A DNA stretch of 64,000 nucleotides. Source: Opitutaceae bacterium (GTDB lineage: Bacteria; Verrucomicrobiota; Verrucomicrobiia; Opitutales; Opitutaceae). The stretch spans positions 148,164-212,163 of the forward strand of contig JAGYIG010000001.1 in assembly GCA_018402455.1 (NCBI GenBank), written 5' to 3'. This document shows, piece after piece, positions 26,614 through 37,426 of this stretch. How positions within the stretch are numbered: the first letter of the stretch is position 1; each line of letters opens with the position of its first letter. Position numbers and translations under genes: made by a program. The notes below the pieces were generated by a model, which did no database searches, was not told the DNA's origin, and worked only from the letters and a program-made list of their open reading frames with translations.

Positions 26614-27030
26614 ATGATGAAAGTAACCCGAGGTCAAATCGTTGCGAGAGGGCTCATGTGCCGTTGCCCGAATTGTGGGGGGCGCACCCTCTTCCAAGAG
26701 GGGAAATACTTCCGTATCAGTGAGGATTGTTCGCAATGCGGCATGCCGATTGATCGGGATCGGGACGAAGGGGGGTATCTTTGGGCTTTGACGCTCAATT
26801 ATGGGGTCACCGTGGTGTTGTATCTGGTGCCGTTGTTGTTGCTGTATGTCTTCGGGGTGATTTCGGGGTTGGTGGCGATTATTGCGGCGGGGATCGGGGC
26901 GATTTTAGTGCCTGTATTCCTCTATCGTCCGTCGCGGAGTTGGTGGTTGATGAACTACTATTTTTTCCTGCCTCACCACCTGCCGGCCAATCGGCGGAAA
27001 CTGGCCGACAACGAAGACGCCAACACCTGA
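26614..27030 (+). CDS. DUF983-like membrane protein with Zn-ribbon
   Basis: RGLMCRCPNCGGRTLF..CSQCG followed by two TM segments and RPSRSWW. Confidence 0.75.
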   Translation: MMKVTRGQIVARGLMCRCPNCGGRTLFQEGKYFRISEDCSQCGMPIDRDRDEGGYLWALTLNYGVTVVLYLVPLLLLYVFGVISGLVAIIAAGIGAILVPVFLYRPSRSWWLMNYYFFLPHHLPANRRKLADNEDANT

Positions 27031-27132
27031 TGCCCGGCAACGGTTCCGGGGGCGATCATCGCCAGATTCGGACGGGGTGAACTTTCTGCTTCCGTTTTGA
27101 GCAAGGCTACCTACGGTCTGCCCTCCCAGTCA

Positions 27133-27222
27133 GGAGAGATGGCAGAGTGGTCGAATGCGTTTGACTCGAAATCAAATTTACCGGCAACGGTAACGGGGGT
27201 TCGAATCCCTCTCTCTCCGCCA
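27133..27222 (+). tRNA. tRNA-Ser (anticodon CGA)
   Basis: Acceptor GGAGAGA/TCTCTCC, D-arm GCAGAGTGGTCGAATGC, anticodon stem TTTGA-CTCGAAA-TCAAA, long variable arm, GGTTCGAATCC, 3' GCCA. Confidence 0.96.
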
Positions 27223-27303
27223 CTTTTGCCAAGGCCTCGGATGGCTCGCCAGGGATGCAGAACCAGGCTTCGGATGGCCCGGGGCTGAACCGGGTGGGAC
27301 GGT

Positions 27304-29517
27304 TTAGGGCTCGGGGGGCGGCTCGGCGGTGTCGGCCAGTCGGGCGTTGCGGTCGCGGTGGTTGGTGACGGCGATGAAGTAGTTTTGCACGGAGAAGGCC
27401 GGGGTGTCCGCCGTTCGTGCCACCCGGCGATAGGCCCCGTTGGGCTGCAACTCGCGGGCATTTTCGTTGTCCTGCAACTCCATGGGGAAGAGCTCATGCG
27501 AGATCCACGCCCGCGCGGCGGGGTCATCGACCGGAAACACCACTTCGATGCGCCGAAAGAAGTTGCGGGGCATCCAGTCGGCACTGCCGCAGTAGATGGC
27601 GGGTTCCCCGTCACTGTTTTCGAAATAAAAGGCCCGGATGTGCTCCAGGTAGCGTCCGACAATGCTGCGCACCCGTATGTTGTCGCTGAGCCCGCGCACG
27701 CCGGGCACGAGGCAGCAGATGCCGCGGATGATGAGGTCGATTTTCACGCCGGCCCGGGATGCGGCGTAGAGATGGTCGATGGTGGCCTTGTCCACCAGCG
27801 AGTTCATCTTGGCCATGATGCGCGCGGGTTTGCCGGCGGCGGCATTGGCGGCCTCGTGGTCGATCAATTCGATCAAACGCGAGTGCAGGTTAAAGGGCGC
27901 GACCAGCAGCCGTTCGAACGCGGGCTCGCGGCTGAAACCGGTGAGCGTGTTGAAGATGTTGGCGACATCTTCGGTGATATCGGAACGGGAGGTGAAGAGG
28001 CTGAGGTCGGTGTAGAGGCGGGCCGTCTTGGGGTTGTAGTTGCCGGTGCCCAGGTGGACGTAGCGCTTGAGCTTGCCGTCCTCGCGGCGCACCACGAGGG
28101 AGCACTTGCAGTGCGTTTTGTGGCCGACCAAGCCGTAGACGACATGGACGCCGGCTTCCTCCAACTGCCGGGCCCATTGGATGTTGTTGGCCTCGTCGAA
28201 ACGCGCTTTGAGCTCCACCAGGGCGGTGACCTGTTTGCCGCGGCGGGAGGCTTCGATCAAGGCGCGCACGATGGGCGAATCACCGCTGGTGCGGTAGAGG
28301 GTCTGCTTCATGGCGAACACCTGTGGGTCCCGGGCGGCGTGTTCGACGAACTCGACGACGGGGGTGAAGGCGTCGTAGGGGTGGTGCAGCATCACGTCCT
28401 GCTGCCGGAGGGTGGCAAAAGGCGAGACCCCGGAGGGCAGTGCCGGGGAATGGGCCGGCGTGAACGGCGGGTATTTGAGGTCGGGGCGATCGATGTCGGT
28501 CAGGTTCATCAGCCGCAGGAGGTTCAAGGGGCCGTTGAGCCGGAACACGTATTCGTGGGACAACTCCAGGTGGTCGCACAGGGTGGTGAAAATCTCGTCG
28601 TTCACGCCCTGTTCGATTTCCAGGCGCACGGCGGCGCCCCGGCGAAGGTTGAGCAGCTCTTTCTCGATGGTTTTGAGCAGGTTCTCCGCCTCTTCCTCAT
28701 CGATGTAGAGGTCGCTGTTGCGCGTGACTCGGAAGGCGTGAGCGCCGTTCAGCCGGTAGCCCGGGAAGAAGGCGTCGGCGCACAGTTTGATCATCTCGCT
28801 CAGGAAGATATAGGTGTGTTCCTTGGCCTCTTCCGGATTCATCCGCACGAGGCGGGGCAGGATGCGGGGCACCGGGAGCAGGGCCGCCTGCCGCTCCACC
28901 TCGGGCGTCGAAGGGTCGTCCAAGGAGACGATGACGTTGAGGGTCTTGTTGCCGAGTTGGGGGAAGGGATGGGACTGGTCCAGCCCGAGGGGGGTGAGGA
29001 CGGGAAAGACCTGCTCTTCGAAATACTGTTTCACCCAGACCAGCTCGGAGGCACTGAGCTCTTCGGCGGACTTGAAAATGATGCCCTCGGCGGCCAGGGC
29101 CGGGACGAGCTCCTCCTGCCAGGCGCGGTAGAGGTCGTCCACCAGCGAGCCCACCACGGAATGGATGCGGCGCAATTGTTCGAGGGGGCCGAGCCCGTCC
29201 ATGCCGGCCTTGTTGACCCCGTTGTCGACCTGCTGGATCAAACCGGCGACGCGGATTTCGAAGAACTCGTCGAGGTTCGAGCAGACGATGGCCAAAAATT
29301 TGACGCGTTCCAGCAGGGGGACATGGGCGTCGTGCGCCTGCTCGAGCACCCGGCGGTTGAAGGCCAGCCACGACAGCTCCCGATTGAAATAGGCGGCGTT
29401 GGAGGGGCGGGTGTGCCGTTCGACCCTCGAGGATGAGGTGCGCGGGTATTTGATTCCCTGGCGATTGACCGGGGGAAGGCTGGCGGCAACGGCGCGGGAT
29501 GTCGGGCGGGTGGGCAT
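27304..29517 (-). CDS. ppk1: Polyphosphate kinase 1
   Basis: [81 protein letters not shown]. Confidence 0.96.
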   Translation of the reverse strand: MPTRPTSRAVAASLPPVNRQGIKYPRTSSSRVERHTRPSNAAYFNRELSWLAFNRRVLEQAHDAHVPLLERVKFLAIVCSNLDEFFEIRVAGLIQQVDNGVNKAGMDGLGPLEQLRRIHSVVGSLVDDLYRAWQEELVPALAAEGIIFKSAEELSASELVWVKQYFEEQVFPVLTPLGLDQSHPFPQLGNKTLNVIVSLDDPSTPEVERQAALLPVPRILPRLVRMNPEEAKEHTYIFLSEMIKLCADAFFPGYRLNGAHAFRVTRNSDLYIDEEEAENLLKTIEKELLNLRRGAAVRLEIEQGVNDEIFTTLCDHLELSHEYVFRLNGPLNLLRLMNLTDIDRPDLKYPPFTPAHSPALPSGVSPFATLRQQDVMLHHPYDAFTPVVEFVEHAARDPQVFAMKQTLYRTSGDSPIVRALIEASRRGKQVTALVELKARFDEANNIQWARQLEEAGVHVVYGLVGHKTHCKCSLVVRREDGKLKRYVHLGTGNYNPKTARLYTDLSLFTSRSDITEDVANIFNTLTGFSREPAFERLLVAPFNLHSRLIELIDHEAANAAAGKPARIMAKMNSLVDKATIDHLYAASRAGVKIDLIIRGICCLVPGVRGLSDNIRVRSIVGRYLEHIRAFYFENSDGEPAIYCGSADWMPRNFFRRIEVVFPVDDPAARAWISHELFPMELQDNENARELQPNGAYRRVARTADTPAFSVQNYFIAVTNHRDRNARLADTAEPPPEP

Positions 29518-29622
29518 GGATCTAAAAAAGGTTGCCAGCCTATCATGCCCCGTCCTCAAAACCACCCTTTTTGATCGATATCAGCCCAAATTTAACCTTC
29601 CCGCCATGGGGCAAGCGTGGGC

Positions 29623-30171
29623 TCAGCTCAGGTGGGCGGCCAAGGCTTGGCGCAATTTTTCCCGCGCCCGGTAGAGCCGAGTTTCCACCGCTTTGGCGGA
29701 GGTGCCGATGATCTGGGCCACTTCCTCATGCGAGAGGTGGTGGTAGGTGGCGAGGATGATGGGCTCCCGGAGGGAGAGGGGCAGAGCCGCAATGGCCGCG
29801 CGCACCGCCGCGGCCTGTTCGGTCGCCTCCGAATCGCTGGCGGGGGTCTGGGCGGTAGTGGATTCGGGGGCAGCATCAAGCGGCTGATGGGCGTGGCGCT
29901 GCCGCTGCCGCAAAAGGTCGCGCAGCTGGTTGAGCGCGATCTGAAACATCCACGTGCTGAAGGTCCGACGCGGGTCGAACCGTGAGGCGTGGCGAAACAC
30001 CCGCACGAAGGTCTCTTGGGCGAGGTCGTTGGCGTCGGCATCGGAGAGACCGTGACGCATCAAGTAGCCGCGCAAGCGCACCTGCCAACGCTCCATCAAC
30101 GCGTCCAGCGCGGAGGCTTCCCCCCCTTGCAGCCGTCGCATGTCGGCCCGGTCCTGGTCCACTTCGGTCAT
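29623..30171 (-). CDS. ECF RNA polymerase sigma factor
   Basis: DLAQETFVRV, FSTWMFQIALN, AIAALP, EEVAQIIG, VETRLYRAREKL. Confidence 0.92.
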   Translation of the reverse strand: MTEVDQDRADMRRLQGGEASALDALMERWQVRLRGYLMRHGLSDADANDLAQETFVRVFRHASRFDPRRTFSTWMFQIALNQLRDLLRQRQRHAHQPLDAAPESTTAQTPASDSEATEQAAAVRAAIAALPLSLREPIILATYHHLSHEEVAQIIGTSAKAVETRLYRAREKLRQALAAHLS

Positions 30172-30605
30172 CTCAAGTCGAAGGGGCTTTCGTGGCTATG
30201 GGCGCTGAGCAGCGGGGTGATGGTCTCCAAGTAGCGGCGGCCTTGGTCCGGCGTCATGACAGCGGCGACCGATTCCAGGTGAGCCCGCGTGGCGGAGTGA
30301 CACCGTTGTTTGAGCTCCGCCAGTTCGCGCTCCGCTTTGGCCTGGGCGGCGGGGTCGGTGGCTTGGGCGACGGCCTGTTGAGCCTCCATCACCTCCATGC
30401 AGTGGGCTTCGCAGACCGGCCGGTAGGCCTCGTGCAGCGCCTGCACGGCGTCCGCTTGGCTGGGGGAGAGCTTGAACTCTTCAATCAACCAAGTGACCTC
30501 GTCCGCGGTGGTGGCCGTCGCGGAGAAGCGCTGAGCCACGAAAAAGGCCAGTCCTCCGGCGACGAGGGCGATGGTCAGGGTGCGGAGGAGTTCGGCGGGC
30601 TTCAC
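30168..30605 (-). CDS. Membrane-anchored periplasmic heavy-metal-sensor-like protein (CnrX/Spy-CpxP-like helical hairpin)
   Basis: N-terminal TM; LSPSQ and MTPDQ motifs; putative ligands HEAY..CEAHCM and CHSATRAH. Confidence 0.7.
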   Translation of the reverse strand: MKPAELLRTLTIALVAGGLAFFVAQRFSATATTADEVTWLIEEFKLSPSQADAVQALHEAYRPVCEAHCMEVMEAQQAVAQATDPAAQAKAERELAELKQRCHSATRAHLESVAAVMTPDQGRRYLETITPLLSAHSHESPFDLR

Positions 30606-30895
30606 GGATGGTCGGTATGGTCCACCAGGCGAATCGGATCGATACTCCGGGCATAGACATCGGCCATGGTCTGATCCTTCTGACGGTCTCCCAGCGACGT
30701 GCCAGCGAGGGTTCCTGCCACGATGGCCAACGAGGCGGCCAGCGGCAGGGCGGCCGGGAAACGCCACCAATGGGCGGCGCGCTGGTCTCGGTCGCCGGCC
30801 AACCGCTGGCGCACCTGCCGGGCAAAGTCGGGCTGCGCCGAAGGCTGCGGGTGCCACGTCTGCAGCAGAGGGTCGAGAGGATCCGGTTGACTCAT
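30602..30895 (-). CDS. Putative membrane anti-sigma factor (CnrY-like position and size)
   Basis: 97 aa; DPLDPLLQTW..PDFARQVRQRL cytoplasmic part, one TM, YARSIDP tail; overlapping stop/start links to the next two genes. Confidence 0.6.
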   Translation of the reverse strand: MSQPDPLDPLLQTWHPQPSAQPDFARQVRQRLAGDRDQRAAHWWRFPAALPLAASLAIVAGTLAGTSLGDRQKDQTMADVYARSIDPIRLVDHTDHP

Positions 30896-30937
30896 GCAGG
30901 GTGATACGTGGCAGGGCGGCGGATCCCTTGCAAATTT

Positions 30938-31387
30938 TCAAAACCACCGGCGGGTGCGGCGGCAGTAGTCCTGATAGTCGCGCCCGAAACGCTGCTGCAA
31001 GGCGCGCTCCTCCCACGCGATGACGCTCACGTTGATCCCCACCACAAACACCGGCACCGCCACCCACGGCCAGAGGTGCCCGGTGCTCAACGCGATGCCG
31101 CTCAGGAGGATGGATTCCGCCAGATAGATGGGATTGCGACTCAGGCGGAAGACGCCGGAGTCGATCAAGCGGTTCGAGTGGTCGGCAAACGGCAGAATCG
31201 TCGTGTGGTGGCGGTGAAAACTCCACCCGGCCACCGCCATGAGCGTGATCCCCAGCCCGATCAGGGCGGCGCCAGCCGGCCGCCAGGCCAGCAAGGGCTC
31301 CAGCGGACTCGGGGCATTGCGGACCAGCACCCATTGGCCACAGACCAGCACGAGAAACCAAATTGGAGGGTAGAGGCGGAACGACAA
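30938..31387 (-). CDS. Isoprenylcysteine carboxyl methyltransferase (ICMT/PEMT) family membrane protein
   Basis: LIDSGVFRLSRNPIYL, EERALQQRFGRDYQDYCRRTRRW. Confidence 0.88.
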   Translation of the reverse strand: MSFRLYPPIWFLVLVCGQWVLVRNAPSPLEPLLAWRPAGAALIGLGITLMAVAGWSFHRHHTTILPFADHSNRLIDSGVFRLSRNPIYLAESILLSGIALSTGHLWPWVAVPVFVVGINVSVIAWEERALQQRFGRDYQDYCRRTRRWF

Positions 31388-31504
31388 AAGGAGGGTTGTT
31401 TAACAGTGAGGGAGAATTTTTGTCAGTCCGAATTGAGTGCGGCCGCGAAAAGTGAAACGGTTCTCGAAACGGGGGGCGCGTTTCTGGTCCCCTTTGCTAC
31501 CCCT

Positions 31505-34203
31505 ATGTTCCCTAAACGCTTCTGTCCACTTCCGTGGTCTTCCCGGCTATGGCCCCTGTTGGGGGTCGTGGTGGGCGGGGCCCTGGCCCCGCTCGGCGCG
31601 GCGGATATCGCGACGGCGGACGAGCCCTTGTTGACGAGTTTTCGGGCCGAGATGGCGAAGGTGTTGGATGAATACTGCTACGACTGCCACGGTTTTGGCA
31701 TGGCGGAGGGAGGGGTGACGCTGGACGAATTCAGCAGTGACGCGGATTTGCAGGACCACGACTTGTGGCTGGCCGTGCTGAACAACGTGCGCAAAGGCAT
31801 CATGCCGCCGGCGGAGGAGTTTCAACCCACCCAGGCCGAACGCGATCGCATGGCCCGTTGGATCAAAGACACGGCATTCGCCCTCGACCCCGCCCGGCCG
31901 GATCCGGGTCGCATCACGCTGCGCCGGTTGAATCGGGTGGAATACGAGAACACGATTCGGGATTTGATGGGGGTCGATTTCGATGCGGAAAACGAATTTC
32001 CGGCCGATGATTCCGGCCATGGCTTTGATAACATCGCCGACGTTTTGACGGTCTCGCCCATGTTGTTGGAGAAGTATCTCGACGCCGCGCAGACGATCGT
32101 CAAAGCGGCCGTGCCGCAGCAGCCTCTGGTGGTGGCGGAGCAGTGGCGACCCGGTCGTGAGTTTACCTCGTTGGTGGAGATCCCCCCGGCCGCCCCGGCG
32201 CCGGAGACGATGGGGGAGGAGGGGGATGCGGCGGCGAGCGGCCCGCGCGCCCCGATGCCGAGGTCTGGCAGGCCGGTCGGCCGGGCCGGAACCATTTGCA
32301 GCTTTCGTATTACCAGCCCGCGCGGGTCGGCCAGACCCTCACGGCTGCGCACGCCGGCGACTACGAAGTGGAACTCGATCTGCAACTGGTCGAACGCTAC
32401 GTGGACAACCAGTTTGACCTCAACGAGGCCGACCTGGTGTTTAAAATCAACGATCAAGTCGTGCACGAGCGCCGACTGGTGCGGGAAGGGTGGCAATCGG
32501 TCAAAGTCGTGGTGGCGAGCCCCCTCGCACCGGGCTCCCACGACGTGGTGGTGGAGCTCTATCCGCGCATCCCCGCGCAGCCCAAGGTCCGGGATTTGGG
32601 GGTCCGGATCAATCACGTGGTGTTGCGCGGCCCCATGGCGCGGGAGCACTGGGTGACCCCGGCCCGTTACGCCGAAACGTTTCCGCGGCCAGTGCCGGAG
32701 ACGGAGGCGGCGCAGGATGCCTACCGGCGGGAGCTGCTCGGCGCGTTCGCCACCAAGGCGTATCGCCGACCGGTGGCGGCCTCGACGGTGGATGCGCTGG
32801 TGGACGTTGCCCGGGGGGTGTCGGCCCAGCCTGGCAGCACGTTTGAGCAAGGGGTGGCACAAGCGATGGTGGCGGTGCTGGCCTCCCCGGGATTTTTATT
32901 CCGGGAAGAGAGTATCGCGGGCGAGTTCGCCGCGGGCACGATCGCGGCGGTTGACGAGTTCGCCCTGGCCTCGCGCCTGTCCTACTTCCTCTGGTCCTCG
33001 ATGCCCGACGACACGTTGTTCGCCTTGGCTGCGGCCGGCGAATTGCGGGCCAATTTGCCGGCCCAAGTCGCCCGGATGCTGGCGGATCCTCGCTCGGGCC
33101 AATTGGTCGAAAATTTCGCCGGCCAATGGTTGCAGGCACGGGACGTGGTGACGGTGCCGATTCAGGATTTTGATGTGCACCTCCGGGAAAATCGGGACCC
33201 GGAGCTGCTGGCGGCGTATCAAACTTTTCGCGACCTCAGTTTGATTCCCCGGTCCGAGCGCTCGCCCGAGCAAGTCGAACGCCGCTCGGCCGCGCTCGAG
33301 ATCGTTCGCGGCGGCTACCGCTCGGATTACCCGCGGTTGAGCGGGGACCTGCGCGAAGCCATGCAACGGGAGACGGAGCTCTACTTTGATCACATCCTGC
33401 GCGAGGACCGCAGCGTGATTGAACTGCTCGACAGCGATTACACCTTCCTGAACGCGGATCTGGCGGAGCATTACGGGCTAGAGTCGCTGGGTATCGAAGG
33501 GGAGGAACTCCAAAAAGTCACCCTGCCGGAGGACAGTGTGCGGGGAGGGGTGCTGACCCAAGGCACCGTGCTGTTGGTCACCTCCAACCCCACCCGGACC
33601 TCGCCGGTGAAACGCGGGGTCTTTATCCTCGAAAACATTTTGGGCGCCCCGCCACCGCCGCCGCCGCCCAATATCCCGGGGCTGGAAGATGCCGTGACCG
33701 CCGAGGAGCTGGGCAAACTTTCGCTGCGGGAAACCCTGGCGCTGCACGCCAGCGAGCCCACCTGCGCCTCCTGCCACCAGCGCATGGACCCGCTCGGGCT
33801 CGCGCTCGAGAGTTTCAACGCCATGGGCAAGTTCCGGGAAGAGGAGATGAACCTGCCGATCGAAACCGAAGGGCGGCTCATTTCCGGCGAGTCCTTCACG
33901 GACATCCGGGAGCTCAAACGCATCCTCGCCCACGAACGGCGCGACGATTTCCTGCACACCCTGGTGGAAAAAATGCTCACCTACGCGCTGGGGCGCGGGA
34001 TGGAGTATTATGACATCGTGACCATCGACCAAATCGTCGACCGACTGGAGGCGAACGAATTCCGCATGTCGGCTTTGATCGAGGGCATCGTGGCCTCGGC
34101 CCCTTTTCAACAAACCCGCGTCGTTCAATCCGCGGTGGCAGAATCCCTGCTGGTGAACGATCGTCCCTCCGTTACCCTCACCCGTCCCCCTCCCGCCCCA
34201 TGA
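31505..34203 (+). CDS. Planctomycete cytochrome c plus DUF1587/1592/1595/1588/1585 multidomain protein, one -1 frameshift near 32250
   Basis: YCYDCHG, LRRLNRVEYENTIRDL, FALASRLSYFLWSSMPDD, FAGQWL, SPVKRG, CASCHQRMDPLG, TYALGRG; the frames join as SGPRAP-DAEVWQAG if one C is added to the C4 run at 32250-32253. Confidence 0.8.
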
Positions 34204-35591
34204 AAACACCCGCCGATTCCGAACTTCGTCGTCACCTGCAATCCATGAGCCGTCGGCACTTTCTGCGCGGGGTCGGCGCCACCCTGGCCGTGCCCACCTT
34301 CGCGTCGCTCATGCCGTCAAAAATGCTGGCAGCGACCCACGCACTGGAGACCGCGACCACGGCCACGGGCGCCCCCCTCCGCACGGCCTTTGTCACGTTT
34401 CCCAACGGCGCGATTCCCGACCAATGGTGGCCCACGGGTGGGTCGGCGAATTTTGCCTTGAGTGAATCGCTCAAAGCCCTGGAGCCCGTGCGTGACCAGG
34501 TGCAGATCTTCGCGGGGCTGGACCATGCCAATGCCAATCCGGGCAAGGATGGCGCCGGCGACCATGCCCGCGGCAACGGGGTGTTTCTCACCGGGGTGCG
34601 TCTCAACAAAAGTGCCACCGATATCAGGGCGGGCATTTCGATCGACCAAGTCATCGCGCAGGACATCGGGCACCTGACCCGGTTTCCCTCCCTCGAACTG
34701 ACCTGCGACGAACGGCGCACGTCGAAGGTGTGTGATTCCGGCTACTCCTGCGCCTACCAATACAATATCTCATGGCAGGACGCCTCCACGCCCATGACGG
34801 CGGAGCGGGATCCCCGCCTGGTGTTTGAGCGCCTCTTCGGGGCAGGGGAACACGGTCGGCGCTCGCAGAACGCGCAGCAGCGCATGGCCGACCGCCGGTC
34901 GGTGCTCGACTTCGTCATGGCCGATGCCCGCCGCATGAATCGTCAACTGGGCCACGACGATCAGGAGAAACTCGATCAGTATCTCACGGGCGTGCGGGAT
35001 GTGGAGTCCCGGATCCAACGCGCCGAACAATTTGGCCCGACGGTCGATCCCGCCGTCGAGACACCCGAAGGCATTCCCGAGTCCCGTGCCGAATATGTGA
35101 GGATCATGTATGACCTGATGTTGTTGGCGTTTAAGACCGATTCCACCCGCGTCGCGACGTTTGTCCTGGCCCACGACGGCGACAACCGCTCCTTCAGCGA
35201 GATCGGGATCAACGAAGGCCACCACGACCTCTCGCATCACCGGAATCGCGAGGATCGCATCGCCAAGGTCGCGGCCATCGACAAGTGGTATGTGGAGCAG
35301 TTTTCCGCCTTCCTGCAGCGGATGGACGAGACCGAGGATGTGGACGGCAATTCACTGCTCTTCAACTCGCGCATCGTTTACGGCAGCGGCAACGCGGACG
35401 GCAATCGGCACACCCACGAAAACCTGCCCGTGCTCCTCGCGGGTGGGGGTGGCGGCCAACTGCAGGCCGGGCGCTTCGTGTCCCATGGCCAGACGCCGAT
35501 GAGCAACCTTTTCCTCACGCTGGCCGATCAAGTGGGCGTGCAGGGGCTGGGACGCTTTGGTGATTCCACCGGCCGGCTCACGAACGTTTGA
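34200..35591 (+). CDS. DUF1552 domain-containing protein (Tat-like leader)
   Basis: SRRHFLRG, FPNG, GDHARG, SIDQ, FPSLEL, CDSGYSCAY, HHDLSHH, NLPVLLAGG. Confidence 0.9.
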   Translation: MKTPADSELRRHLQSMSRRHFLRGVGATLAVPTFASLMPSKMLAATHALETATTATGAPLRTAFVTFPNGAIPDQWWPTGGSANFALSESLKALEPVRDQVQIFAGLDHANANPGKDGAGDHARGNGVFLTGVRLNKSATDIRAGISIDQVIAQDIGHLTRFPSLELTCDERRTSKVCDSGYSCAYQYNISWQDASTPMTAERDPRLVFERLFGAGEHGRRSQNAQQRMADRRSVLDFVMADARRMNRQLGHDDQEKLDQYLTGVRDVESRIQRAEQFGPTVDPAVETPEGIPESRAEYVRIMYDLMLLAFKTDSTRVATFVLAHDGDNRSFSEIGINEGHHDLSHHRNREDRIAKVAAIDKWYVEQFSAFLQRMDETEDVDGNSLLFNSRIVYGSGNADGNRHTHENLPVLLAGGGGGQLQAGRFVSHGQTPMSNLFLTLADQVGVQGLGRFGDSTGRLTNV

Positions 35592-35626
35592 TCGACCGCC
35601 CCCGCGAATACGACGGGATTAAAATT

Positions 35627-36592
35627 ATGCTACCCCGATCGATCCGGTTCTTCGTTGTTGTGCTCGTGGCCACGCTGCCGCTGCGGGCCGGGTTGGAAAT
35701 CCGCACGGACGGGCTGGAGTTGGGCCCGGATTCGCTGGTGCAGGACGGCGTGCCTGCGGGCCAGTTACAGGGCCCGTTCGAGTTTCGCAGTGGCATCATA
35801 AAAAACACGGTGCGCCGATACTGGGTCTATGTGCCTTCGGGGTATGACCCGGCGGAGCCCGCGAATGTGTTGGTCTGGCAGGATGGGCAAAGGGCGGTCC
35901 ACCCGCGGGGTTCTCTCCGGGTGCCCAACGTGCTCACCAACTTGATCCATGACGGGTCGATCCCGCCCACCATCGGGATCTTCATCACCCCCGGAAACAC
36001 CAGTGCGCACTATCCCGATGACCTGGGCATGAGTAATCCCAACCACCGCTGGCAGGAATACGATGTCCTCACCCCGGACTACGCCCGGATGCTCATTGAG
36101 GAGATTCTGCCAATGGTGGGGGCGGACTACAACCTGACCGATGATCCCGCCCGCCGCGCCATCGGGGGCACGAGCAGTGGCGCCATTTGCGCCTTCACCG
36201 TGGCCTGGCACTACCCGGATGCGTTTCGCAACGTCATCAGCTTCATTGGCAGCTACGTTTCAATCGGAGCGCGACCACCGGCGGACGATCCCTCCGGTCA
36301 GTGGAGCGCGGGAGGGCAGGACTATCCGGCGTTGATTCGCCGAAGCCCGCCCAAGCCCCTGAAGATCTTTTTTCAAGACGGATCCAATGACTTGGACAAC
36401 CGCTGGGGCCACTGGTTTTTGGCGAACCAGCAGATGGTCAAAGCCCTGCACTATGCCAACCGGGCGGCCGATGAGGCGAGTCTCGCGGGACCGAGGTTCG
36501 AAGAGAAACACGTCTGGACTGATGGCGCTCACTCGGATGACCACGGTGGCGCCCTCTTGCCCGAGGCGTTGCGGTGGATCTGGTCGGATTGA
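35627..36592 (+). CDS. Secreted alpha/beta-hydrolase esterase (enterochelin esterase/CE1-like)
   Basis: YWVYVP, VWQDG, AIGGTSSGAICAF (GxSxG), QDGSNDLDN, GAH. Confidence 0.85.
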   Translation: MLPRSIRFFVVVLVATLPLRAGLEIRTDGLELGPDSLVQDGVPAGQLQGPFEFRSGIIKNTVRRYWVYVPSGYDPAEPANVLVWQDGQRAVHPRGSLRVPNVLTNLIHDGSIPPTIGIFITPGNTSAHYPDDLGMSNPNHRWQEYDVLTPDYARMLIEEILPMVGADYNLTDDPARRAIGGTSSGAICAFTVAWHYPDAFRNVISFIGSYVSIGARPPADDPSGQWSAGGQDYPALIRRSPPKPLKIFFQDGSNDLDNRWGHWFLANQQMVKALHYANRAADEASLAGPRFEEKHVWTDGAHSDDHGGALLPEALRWIWSD

Positions 36593-36634
36593 GTCGGCGG
36601 CTGCCGCAACCTCAACCCGGCCCCCGCAGGCTCG

Positions 36635-37138
36635 TCATTTCGTTTTAACAAAAAAGTAGGTCCCGATGTTGTTGGCTCCGGGCCCCAGTGCACTCGGTTG
36701 GACTTTGTAGATACGCAGCTCCATGGCGGACCCGTCAGCGGCCGGCTTCATGAGGAACGAGTAGAATTCGTCGTTGTTCTTCGCGAGGCGGAAAACGGCG
36801 TAGCCGTTTTGGTGAGAGAAGCCGTTCTGCGGTCCCCAACGGGACTTTGAAATCTCCGTGCCGCTCGGGTTGCGGGTGATGATTTCCAACCAATCATCCC
36901 AGTCGGTGATCTCCACAGTCTCGGTGAGGGCATAATTCATCAGCCCAATATCAGGATTAAATTCCAAGCCCAGCAAGGCGTGCAGGGACACCTCCGGCGG
37001 GTTGACCGAGGCGTCCGCGGTCACCATGGTGCCCTTGTCTGCATAGGTGCCCGAAATATTAGCGGCGGTCGCGACTGATGCTCCCCACAGGGTCAACAAT
37101 CCGAGCGTGATAACGGATTTTAAACGGAGGGTTTTCAT
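36635..37138 (-). CDS. Hypothetical secreted protein
   Basis: Signal-peptide-like MKTLRLKSVITLGLLTLWGASVATA; 167 aa; natural composition. Confidence 0.65.
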   Translation of the reverse strand: MKTLRLKSVITLGLLTLWGASVATAANISGTYADKGTMVTADASVNPPEVSLHALLGLEFNPDIGLMNYALTETVEITDWDDWLEIITRNPSGTEISKSRWGPQNGFSHQNGYAVFRLAKNNDEFYSFLMKPAADGSAMELRIYKVQPSALGPGANNIGTYFFVKTK

Positions 37139-37278
37139 AAGGATGAACCTACTGAATTCGCCTAACCCGGGCAAGTGAAGCGGTCCGATTTTGGAGGGAA
37201 ACCGCGCTTCGAGCATTTGCCGAAAAACGGTGGCCCGGTTTGGGGCCAGTGACCTCGGCACCAGTCCGGCCACGCTGC

Positions 37279-37355
37279 CGCAGCGGGCGGCGTCAAGCGC
37301 CGCCCCTACGCATGGCACCGTGCACCGCCCCTACGCATGGCACCGTGCACCGCCC
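37279..37355 (-). repeat. GTAG-type REP (family B) with 25-bp tandem duplication
   Basis: Reverse strand GTAG-GGGCGGCG-CTTGA-CGCCGCCC (37285-37309); CCGCCCCTACGCATGGCACCGTGCA repeated at 37300-37324 and 37325-37349. Confidence 0.8.
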
Positions 37356-37426
37356 GCCGCGGCGACCCTTTCGTTGCGCTCAATTGTGGCGTTCCCCAGT
37401 GGGCCAGGGATTAAATAAAAAATGCT

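Noticed and set aside
27133-27222. tRNA-Ser as an integration site for a genomic island
   Set aside because: No integrase and no duplicated tRNA 3' end were seen; ppk1 follows directly.
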